Assembly: GCF_965233835.1 (NCBI RefSeq)
Contig: NZ_OZ247585.1
Span: 4,377,342 to 4,441,341 of the forward strand
DNA: 64,000 nt
DNA from: Reichenbachiella sp.
Lineage (GTDB): Bacteria; Bacteroidota; Bacteroidia; Cytophagales; Cyclobacteriaceae
Reading direction: 5' to 3'
Shown: positions 50,084 to 58,417 of the stretch, one piece after another
Position numbering within the stretch: the stretch's first letter is position 1
Layout of the letters: every line of letters starts with the position of its first letter
Notes under the pieces: generated by a model
What the model saw: only the letters and a program-made list of their open reading frames with translations
Database searches by the model: none
Told to the model about the DNA's origin: nothing
Program-made: the position numbers and the translations under genes

Positions 50084-50387
50084 GTTGAATTAGTTTAGTT
50101 GAATAATGAGAAATTGATCAAATAAGGATCAATTTGATTGCTTTAATATTAAATAATAGGCAGCAACAAGGCGCACGAATCCCGTTTTGGGTAAGAAACC
50201 CAAGCTGAAACTATTTGATTTACAATTGTCTGGAAGTGGTCAGCGAGTCAACGCCAACATCGTTCGAAAATAAGTATCATTCAGGTAAAGGTTATATTGT
50301 CAATTTTCGAAAATAGATAAATAATTTTTCCAAATGAAATTTTAGCCTAAGAACTATTATTTTATTTGCAATTAACGGTATTAACAT

Positions 50388-50421
50388 AAAAAAACGCCCT
50401 CGCAAAACAAAGGGCGTTCTT
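50388..50421 (-). terminator. Terminator of the PKD lipoprotein gene
   Basis: AAAAAAACGCCCT...AGGGCGTT. Confidence 0.7.
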
Positions 50422-50487
50422 ATAAAACCAGAGGCTGTTTAGAATTTAGGGCATCATATTTTCACAAACCTTTAAACCGCATTCTGA

Positions 50488-52134
50488 TTAGTCTTTGTAA
50501 ATAGTGAAGAATGAAAATTCGGCATCAGTAGCCACTCCACTACTATTGTACGTTCTAACATTTGCAACCAGATTGGATCCTGAAGAATTCCAAAATGAAA
50601 CAGCTGCTTTATTGTTGTTATCTCCATAAGCTGTTACTAATATAGTGTTACCGTTGCCTGCCTGATTTGGCACAGTCACTTCATAATATCCAGTTCCAAG
50701 TTTTTTGGCAGTAATGTTTCCAGACCCTGTATTACCATTTCTGAAAGGTGTGTAAGATGAAGTAGAGGTCTCCAAATCCGCCCAACAGTACCCTCCTTTT
50801 ATATCCGATAAGTTTTTAGTGTAAAGCAAATTAAACTCCGCATCCATCAATGATCCGGTACCGGAATGGTAGGTTCGCACTTCTACCTTTAAGTCACTTC
50901 CACTTATTGTCCATTCCTTAATTTTGGCTATCGCACTCACCGAATTGGCAGCTGTTATTTGCACATTGCCCAAATTACCTGCACCTACTCCCGGTATGGT
51001 TACCGTATATGTACCCACCGATGGGCTACTGATAGTTGGGTTTCCTCCGCTACTATTGTATGATTTCGCTGTGTTTGGTGTATAGCTTCCCGCTGACTTT
51101 TGATTAGCATGTAAATATGCGCCTTCAAAACCCGCTCCAGTCACATAAATATTGAAGCCTCGATCAGCTAAATTGGCATCCTTATCAAATGTTCGAATGT
51201 TAGCTACGAGATCATTCCCTGAATTGGACCAGCTCAATACTCTAACTGCACCTTCACTACTTCCATAAAGTGACGCTTGAACGTGCCCGTTGGTCATGGC
51301 CATGCCGGTAAATCTCACAGCATACGAACCTGTAGTAGACCTGGTAATGGTGATCGAGCCACCTTCAGAGTTATATGAATATAATGAGTTAGCTGTATAG
51401 CTCGCTGTAGTTGAACTTCCACAGTAGGCAAAGGCTCTCATGACAGAGGTGGATACTGCAGTTACTGTAATGTGATCTGTCTTAGTTTCTATATCGGTTC
51501 CTGCACTGTTTGTTACTGTTAGTTTGACATCATATTTGCCCGGCGTATTATATGTCACCGTAGGGTTCTCACTAGATGAACTACTTGGGCTTCCGCCCTC
51601 AAAAACCCATGAATAAGACCCATCACCAGTAGAGGTGTTGGTAAACGTAACCGACTCTCCTTCTTCGATAGATTGATCTGAAGCTGAAAAGTTAGCTACT
51701 GGCGCAGACACTGTCACAGGAGCCGTATCTGTATAATTAGCAAAACCAGAATTAGCACTTACCTGACTAATTTCAATTTCCCCACTCGTATCCGATTCTT
51801 TCAGGTAAAAAGTTTTATCACTTCCGCTGTCAGGGGTACCTACTACGGTATAAACGTTATCAATAATTTGATACTCGTCATATAGATAAAATATACCTGG
51901 GGACACACCTATAAAGTGTTCAGAATCCTCAGTCCCAATTTCATAAAGGTGATTACCGAGATCATCATACCAGCTTCCTGTAAATTTTGAAGGGAGACTT
52001 CCTGAAAAGAATACTTCTTTGTCCTCATCTTGATCGTCATCCTTTCCTGTTAGATCTTCTAAATCACAGGACTGAATGAAAAAGAGCAGGCCTATTAGTG
52101 CTAACAATCGTGCTCCAAGAGTTAAAATTTTCAT
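50488..52134 (-). CDS. Surface lipoprotein with PKD domain and three tandem ~100-aa beta repeats
   Basis: Lipobox IQSC followed by DLEDL..DDDQDED; PKD APVANF...YSWVFEGG...YNTPGKYDVKLTV; three repeats of Y..ANS..SYNS.GG...VRTY...D.EF. Confidence 0.85.
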   Translation of the reverse strand: MKILTLGARLLALIGLLFFIQSCDLEDLTGKDDDQDEDKEVFFSGSLPSKFTGSWYDDLGNHLYEIGTEDSEHFIGVSPGIFYLYDEYQIIDNVYTVVGTPDSGSDKTFYLKESDTSGEIEISQVSANSGFANYTDTAPVTVSAPVANFSASDQSIEEGESVTFTNTSTGDGSYSWVFEGGSPSSSSSENPTVTYNTPGKYDVKLTVTNSAGTDIETKTDHITVTAVSTSVMRAFAYCGSSTTASYTANSLYSYNSEGGSITITRSTTGSYAVRFTGMAMTNGHVQASLYGSSEGAVRVLSWSNSGNDLVANIRTFDKDANLADRGFNIYVTGAGFEGAYLHANQKSAGSYTPNTAKSYNSSGGNPTISSPSVGTYTVTIPGVGAGNLGNVQITAANSVSAIAKIKEWTISGSDLKVEVRTYHSGTGSLMDAEFNLLYTKNLSDIKGGYCWADLETSTSSYTPFRNGNTGSGNITAKKLGTGYYEVTVPNQAGNGNTILVTAYGDNNNKAAVSFWNSSGSNLVANVRTYNSSGVATDAEFSFFTIYKD

Positions 52135-52184
52135 GATTATCTAAATTTTAGTTTGCGAAAAACCTAAAAGTAGATAGCTATTTC

Positions 52185-52235
52185 ATGGGATTTTTAGAGA
52201 TAGGGATGAACTGCGAAAATTTGTAAACCAACAGC
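52185..52235 (-). promoter_or_regulatory. Candidate LytTR binding site: 9-bp direct repeats at 21-bp period
   Basis: Minus strand GCTGTTGGT-N12-GCAGTTCAT-N12-AAATCCCAT upstream of the PKD gene. Confidence 0.55.
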
Positions 52236-52279
52236 AAAATATTGGATTATAGTTTCAGCTGATGTATTTAATAGTCTAC

Positions 52280-54322
52280 CTATGCGGCATGTTTTCCGAA
52301 GGTGATCATAAAAGTGGTTCCGTTTGAATTTTCTATTGCCAATTCACCATCGAGTTGCTCTACCAGGATTTGAACAAGTCTCATACCCATGTTCTTTTTC
52401 TTTTCCCACTGTGATGGCAATCCAACACCATCATCACTGACCTTGAGCTTGTAAAAATTATCTTCCTGAGCAAATTGCACTTTCAGCTCTCCTTGCTTTT
52501 TATCTTCAAAAGCATATTTGAGTGCATTCGCAATTAGTTCATTGATGATCAATCCAAGTGGCACGGCGGTATCTACATCCAATTGAATTTCCTGAGTCTC
52601 CAAAACTTCTTTTATTGATTCACCCATCTTATAACTCTTGAACAAATACTGACTCAACTCAGAGATATACTCCTTCATGTTTATACGGGACAGCTCATCC
52701 TGACTATATAGCTTTTGGTGAATCAGAGACATCGACTTGATCCTACTCTGTCCTTCACGTACTGCACTTTTTGCCTCACCTTCATCCATTTGGCGAGATT
52801 GCATACTTAGCAAACTAGAAATCACCTGAAGGTTATTTTTCACTCGGTGATGGATTTCTTTTAGTAGTGTTTCTCTTTCCTTACTCGTTTTTTCAATCGT
52901 CTCTTTCTGTTCGTTCAATTGTTTATTGACCTCTTTTTGTTTTTTCCCATTTCTCCAAATAATCACAGCCATTATAACAACGACCAGTAAGACCAACAAT
53001 ATTAGCGCTTGGATAATTCGCTGCTGATCAATCAGCTTCTCCTGTGCTTCCAGTTTTTCTTCCTGGACTTCGATTTTCAATTCTTTTTCTTTAGTATCAA
53101 ACTTAGTCGTCAATGCCGCAATGTGACGATCCTGAGTTTCTCCCAATTGCTCGTCCTTCACCTCTTCATACCGCAATCTTGCAGCATAGGCCTCCTTATA
53201 TTTCGCAACAGTTTCAAACGCTTCAGCCTGATATTTGTAAATTTCTTTTAGTGAACCTTCATGATTGAATTCATGAGCCATCTCCGAGGCTAACTTACAA
53301 TGCGAAAGTGCCTTATCTACCTGACCCATTTTGCCATAAATCGTACACAAGAGCGTGTGAGATTTTAAAATACCATACTTTGAATCTACTACTTCGAAAC
53401 CCTTGAGAGCTGCCAAACCAGATTCGAGTGCTTTTTCATGCTCACCATTATCATTGAACAAATCCCCTAAATTATGATAGACTGTTGGTACTTGATATGG
53501 ATCTCCCAGTGTCTTGGCCTCTTCGAGAATCTCATTAAATCCGACCAGTGCTTCATCATAGCGATCAAGATTGCCTAGCGCCAAACATTGGCCTGTGCGA
53601 GCATACCATTTGGTTCTTGTATAGTCAGAGTCTTTTACTAACTCGTAGGCTTTGGCCGAATACTCCTCTGCTTTTTCAAAATTGTGATCCTCCAGATAAA
53701 CTGAGCCCACGTTGGCCAAAAAATTAGCTTGCTTGGCTGCTTTGCCCAACTCCAAATTGAGTTCTGCGGCCTCCAAATATTGTGCTATGGCCATATCGAA
53801 TAACCCCTGTTGACGATATACATTTCCCAGATTTCCAATAGCAGAAGTTGATTTTTGAATCTTATTCAACGACTTCCCCATGGCAATATTTTTTCTATAA
53901 GCCCAAGCTGCGCTATCTAAATATGACTTACTGTCATAAACAATACCCAAAGCCAAATAACCGTCCATTTCACCTTCAGGGTAACCATTTTCAATTGACT
54001 CAGCAATAGATCTTTTCATTAGAATCATTGCCGTATCCAGTTTGCCTTCGTCGAAATAAGAATAACCTATATTGACATAAGATTTGACCTTTCCGTCCAA
54101 ATAGTCTAATTGAATAGCTTCTTCATTGGCCATCTCTCCGTAGTACCGAGCCGAATCGAATTTGGAATAGCCGAAAGTAAAGGCAATTTTATTAAGAACG
54201 TCTATTCGTTTTTCTCCTATGGCTGTTTCCAGTTCTAATTTTAGACTGTCAAGTTGGGCATAGCCCGAAAAGGAAAGAACTAGAAAAAAAAATACTAGAG
54301 ATGTACGTTTATATAGGTTCAT
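52280..54322 (-). CDS. Orphan TPR-containing sensor histidine kinase (HisKA_2 type), paralogue of 27213-29027
   Basis: Signal peptide, TPRs, TM, [37 protein letters not shown], DDGVG. Confidence 0.92.
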   Translation of the reverse strand: [680 protein letters not shown]

Positions 54323-54390
54323 GCTGAAAATTACTCAAATAATGTATTGAGTGCAATGCCTATACAAAAGCAGCTTTGTTAGTTGTAAAC

Positions 54391-54420
54391 AAAAAAACCA
54401 CTACCTAAATGGTAGTGGTT
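54391..54420 (-). terminator. Terminator after cystathionine beta-synthase
   Basis: AAAAAAACCACTACC-TAAAT-GGTAGTGGTT. Confidence 0.8.
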
Positions 54421-54444
54421 CTAAAATCTTAAATTCAATTGAAT

Positions 54445-55818
54445 CTATTTAGTCAAACTCACCAGTAAGTCAGTCTGTGTCAGAATATGAACTTTATTGC
54501 TATCATCTCTAACCAGTAATGCTTTCGTATCTTTATCCAAAATTTTGGACATCACATCTACAGTATTGTCCAGAGCAATAAACTTGAAAGAAGCATCCAT
54601 AATCTCCGAAATCGGCTGATCTCTCAATGAAGGATTTTCAATGAGTGCTTTTAGAATTTTTGCATCAGAGATACTTCCCACAAACTGCTCATCTTTTACG
54701 ACCGGAGCTTGATCAATACCGTGCTCATTCATAGTTGCGATCACATCACCAATTTTAGCTACACTTTCTACTGTAAACACTTCTCTCTGACCATTTTTAC
54801 TGGCTACAATATCTCTAGCTGTTGCAAAACTTCCAGTTTCTGTAAAACCATGATCCTGCATCCAATTGTCGTTATAAATCTTACCCAAGTATCTGGTTCC
54901 ATGATCCGGCATGATGATCACCATCACATCGTCTTCCTTTAGGTTTTCTTTGGCGTATTCTATTGCACCATGCACAGCAGAACCACAAGACCATCCTACA
55001 AACATGCCTTCTTCCTTAGCCAATCTTCGGGTCATCAAAGCACCATCTTTATCGGTCACCTTGACGAAATGGTCAATCACACTAAAGTCTACATTCTTTG
55101 GCAAAATGTCTTCTCCAATACCTTCTGTTAGATATGGATAAACTTCATTTTCGTCAAATTGGCCCGTCTCTTTATATTTCTTAAAAACAGACCCATAGGT
55201 ATCGATACCCACGGTGACCACATTCTCATTTTGCTCCTTTAGATATTTTGCTACCCCGCACATTGATCCACCCGTGCCTACACCAGCCGCATAATGGGTA
55301 ATTTCCCCCTCTGTGTCTCTCCAAATTTCAGGACCCGTGCTTTCGTAATGTGCTAAAGCATTAGACTCATTATCATATTGATTGGGGTAAAAAGAATTTG
55401 GGATTTCTTCATTCAATTTTTTCGCCACTGAATAGTACGAACGAGGATCTTCTGGTTCTACGTTGGTTGGGCAAACATGTACTTCTGCCCCTACAGCACG
55501 AAGAATATCCATTTTCTCAGGACTTTGCTTATCCGCCAAAGTAAAAATGCACTTGTAGCCTTTAGATATAGCAGCCAGTGCCAATCCCATACCGGTATTT
55601 CCCGAGGTACCTTCAATGATTGTACCTCCTGGTTTCAGGACACCATTCTTCTCAGCATCTTCAATCATTTTGAGGGCCATTCTATCTTTCATAGAATTTC
55701 CCGGGTTGAAGTATTCAAGTTTAACCAAAATGGTTCCTTTTACACCTTTGGCCACACTGTTCAATTTTACCAGAGGAGTGTCACCGATTGTATCGATGAT
55801 AGAGTTATGGAATTTCAT
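54445..55818 (-). CDS. cbs: Cystathionine beta-synthase (PLP enzyme with C-terminal CBS domains)
   Basis: IGDTPLVKL, EYFNPGNSMKDR (PLP Lys), GVGTGGSM, EGIGED, IMPDHGTRYLGK; CBS pair at the C-terminus. Confidence 0.9.
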   Translation of the reverse strand: MKFHNSIIDTIGDTPLVKLNSVAKGVKGTILVKLEYFNPGNSMKDRMALKMIEDAEKNGVLKPGGTIIEGTSGNTGMGLALAAISKGYKCIFTLADKQSPEKMDILRAVGAEVHVCPTNVEPEDPRSYYSVAKKLNEEIPNSFYPNQYDNESNALAHYESTGPEIWRDTEGEITHYAAGVGTGGSMCGVAKYLKEQNENVVTVGIDTYGSVFKKYKETGQFDENEVYPYLTEGIGEDILPKNVDFSVIDHFVKVTDKDGALMTRRLAKEEGMFVGWSCGSAVHGAIEYAKENLKEDDVMVIIMPDHGTRYLGKIYNDNWMQDHGFTETGSFATARDIVASKNGQREVFTVESVAKIGDVIATMNEHGIDQAPVVKDEQFVGSISDAKILKALIENPSLRDQPISEIMDASFKFIALDNTVDVMSKILDKDTKALLVRDDSNKVHILTQTDLLVSLTK

Positions 55819-55836
55819 AAGCTTATTTTTTGACAG

Positions 55837-55902
55837 CTATGGAAATACTATTGATACACCTAGTGATATCAATAGAGGTAGCTCCATGACCATCGGTTTC
55901 AT
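55837..55902 (-). other. Putative 21-aa Met-rich leader ORF with internal hairpin in the cbs 5' UTR
   Basis: MKPMVMELPLLISLGVSIVFP*; hairpin CTATTGATA..TATCAATAG; downstream of a TAATTTTG promoter (55924-55931, minus strand). Confidence 0.35.
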
Positions 55903-55977
55903 AATTGAGAGTTTAATCTAGCGCAAAATTAGAAAGATAAATAGGCAATACCATGCCCAAATGAAAATTGAAGAGAA

Positions 55978-56451
55978 TTAGTAAGTGTATCTCTCTTCAA
56001 TAACGCTGCCGTTTTGCGAATAAGTTATACTTAGTTGACTCGATGTAAGCTCCTCCACTTGAAAACTCCCTATAGATTGGTGTTGCTCTCCTGTTAAGCT
56101 GATAGAGTTCAAGAAAAAATCATCATCATCTCCATCTACTGTGTACTTTGCCTTATACAAGGTATCTAAAGGAACAGGGGAACCGCAGGTAATTGGACGG
56201 CCCATAATGTACAATGAATCTGTTGTGGCCTTAACAAAAGTAAGCGTGTTATTTTCTGAACAAGGTCCATAAACATCTTCACCGTTTTCCGCACGACTGA
56301 TCAATGACCATACTTTTTCGGTATCCGCAGATAAGAGTCTATTCGCGTGAGTCGTTTCGTAAGACTTACTGATATCCTTGGTGCCACAAGAGCAAAGTAA
56401 GAGTAGTAGGCTTGTACGAAAAATAAAGGAAATCTTATCTAACGTTGCCAC
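55978..56451 (-). CDS. Hypothetical lipoprotein (lipocalin-like)
   Basis: Lipobox LCSC; KVWSLISR; C..NTLTF; FQVEELTSSQLSI pattern. Confidence 0.7.
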   Translation of the reverse strand: MATLDKISFIFRTSLLLLLCSCGTKDISKSYETTHANRLLSADTEKVWSLISRAENGEDVYGPCSENNTLTFVKATTDSLYIMGRPITCGSPVPLDTLYKAKYTVDGDDDDFFLNSISLTGEQHQSIGSFQVEELTSSQLSITYSQNGSVIEERYTY

Positions 56452-58303
56452 TTCTATCCACTACAAAGTACCCAGGATCGTTAGGATCCCCTCCACCATT
56501 TTCCAGCTCTTCCTCAGTTTTGGTATAGAAGATTGTTTCCTTAACAATGTCGTTGAATTTCACATCAACCGGTGCGCGACTAATTTTTAGTGCATTAACC
56601 CAATTCGTTTCTCCTTCAGGAGTCACTGAAACGGCAACAATGTTATTTTTAGATTCTGGCACCAAGGAATAGATGTACACTGCTACGTTGCCTTCTTGTG
56701 AAGGAATAAACTTACCATCCACCAGAAATTCGCTATCACTGTAAGCGAATCCTTTAATATCAAAATTCCTCTTCCAGAGAATTGTTCGCGCATTGTTGAC
56801 CCTGGCAATAAAACCCTGGTCTGATGCTCCCTGAAACTCCAATCCTACCACATAAGTATTCGAAGAATCGTCCTTCATAGACACGATAGAATAAAATTTC
56901 GAGAAGTCACGTGCCACATAAGTACTGTCCATTCTAGGAATCAGGTAAAGTGACTCACTGCCATCTTCACTAATACCCCATCTGGCTCTTGACTTATATT
57001 TTTCATTGTAAGCCATCCACTCCTCTCTCGCATCTATTAGTTCGTTTTCTAGTGACTGACGATACTTGATAAGTCCCATTTCTCCGCCATATTCTTGCGA
57101 GATTAGCTTATTGTATTTTTTAGCACCAATGGTGATCCCAGGCTCAACCAGCTTCTCCACGGCTTTATCCATGATATCCAAAAGCTGCACCAAACTATCC
57201 GAAACAGCTAATTGATAATCCACATCATCCGGGTCAGCTAATCGCTCATTTAATGTTTCGCTTGTCAAATAATCGAACTTGTTTTTGCTCACCAAAATGT
57301 TCAACAAATCAATGGCGATCGAATTATCATCAAACTTGTTAATATCCTCCAGCAGCTTAGCATCGATTTCCGTAATAGGATCCTCGTCTAAGATGCCCGA
57401 ACCACCATTTATTTTCTCTCCTTGAGCCTTCAAGTCCTTATTTGTTTGAACTATCCGACTTTTCAATCTTGTTACATCTCGTTTGATCACATCCTCTGCA
57501 GCTTCAGCCCACTGACCATAATTCCAGGCTGTCACATCGTTAGTAAAAAAGTCGACCGAGGTTAGGCCATCCTCTCCATAGGTTTCAATGTCCTTCCAAT
57601 CCAATTCTGGGCTATAACCCTTTTTTCCTATACGGCTTACTGCATCTCGCACGTTATCGAACTTCTCATTGATCTCCGTGTTCTTATCTATGATCGCTGC
57701 CAGACTATCCTTCAAGCCATCACTTGCCATCAAATACAAATCATTAATGTTTGGATACTGTTTGGCAAATGCCCGATAGGCTGCCATGGAAAATTCATTG
57801 GCATTATTGATACTATAAAGGTCTGCGTAAATGGTTTTCGCATACTTATTAATATTTCTCAAACTTTGCAGTTTCTTCTCAATATCCAACTGGACGTCTG
57901 AAATTTTGATACCAAAATCACCAGTTCTTAGATCCCTTCTATAAAAGTCCTGATAAAACTCATCGTTCTTTTTCAACTCTTTTTCTGTAATCAAGGTCTT
58001 CGCTTTGGTGAGGTATATCACCGCAGTATCAGAAGCCCCCAATATAGCTGTGGAGTCGGAAATAATATGATATCCATTCACTAACCCTTCATAATAGAGC
58101 CCTACCTGAAGATTTGGATTAGGTTCTTCTGCGTTTTTAGGATCTGCCAAATAAGTCCATAACATGGGCATGGCCTGATCAAAGTTTTTAGCTTCTATGA
58201 GCGGAAAGATATCCTTATCATATTTAACTTTTTTCTGAGCAAAAGAAGAGTGGAACACGCAACATGAAAAAATACTAAGTGCGAATAGGATTGATTTCTG
58301 CAT
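56435..58303 (-). CDS. Hypothetical secreted protein (helical N-terminus, beta-rich C-terminus)
   Basis: Long clean ORF with Sec signal ending SSFA-Q; no motif recognised. Confidence 0.8.
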   Translation of the reverse strand: MQKSILFALSIFSCCVFHSSFAQKKVKYDKDIFPLIEAKNFDQAMPMLWTYLADPKNAEEPNPNLQVGLYYEGLVNGYHIISDSTAILGASDTAVIYLTKAKTLITEKELKKNDEFYQDFYRRDLRTGDFGIKISDVQLDIEKKLQSLRNINKYAKTIYADLYSINNANEFSMAAYRAFAKQYPNINDLYLMASDGLKDSLAAIIDKNTEINEKFDNVRDAVSRIGKKGYSPELDWKDIETYGEDGLTSVDFFTNDVTAWNYGQWAEAAEDVIKRDVTRLKSRIVQTNKDLKAQGEKINGGSGILDEDPITEIDAKLLEDINKFDDNSIAIDLLNILVSKNKFDYLTSETLNERLADPDDVDYQLAVSDSLVQLLDIMDKAVEKLVEPGITIGAKKYNKLISQEYGGEMGLIKYRQSLENELIDAREEWMAYNEKYKSRARWGISEDGSESLYLIPRMDSTYVARDFSKFYSIVSMKDDSSNTYVVGLEFQGASDQGFIARVNNARTILWKRNFDIKGFAYSDSEFLVDGKFIPSQEGNVAVYIYSLVPESKNNIVAVSVTPEGETNWVNALKISRAPVDVKFNDIVKETIFYTKTEEELENGGGDPNDPGYFVVDRSGNVR

Positions 58304-58417
58304 TTCTATCTTTTTTCGATTGATTTCTGGTTTACCACAAATGTAGTAAAAGATTTTTCCCAGTTTAAATTATACTTTTTCGAAGTAAATTCCTTAACAA
58401 TATTATAAAACGAAGGT

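Noticed and set aside
52201-52226. ATAGGG-N16-TGTA on the plus strand resembling the ECF promoter motif
   Set aside because: It has mismatches in both elements and points antisense into a kinase 3' end; probably chance.
55819-55923. SAM-I or SAM-II riboswitch upstream of cbs
   Set aside because: ATGAAACC resembles part of SAM-I, but GGCAAC and ATCAAGAG are missing. The GAUUU and GCUAAA elements of SAM-II are absent. Kept only as an unclassified leader.
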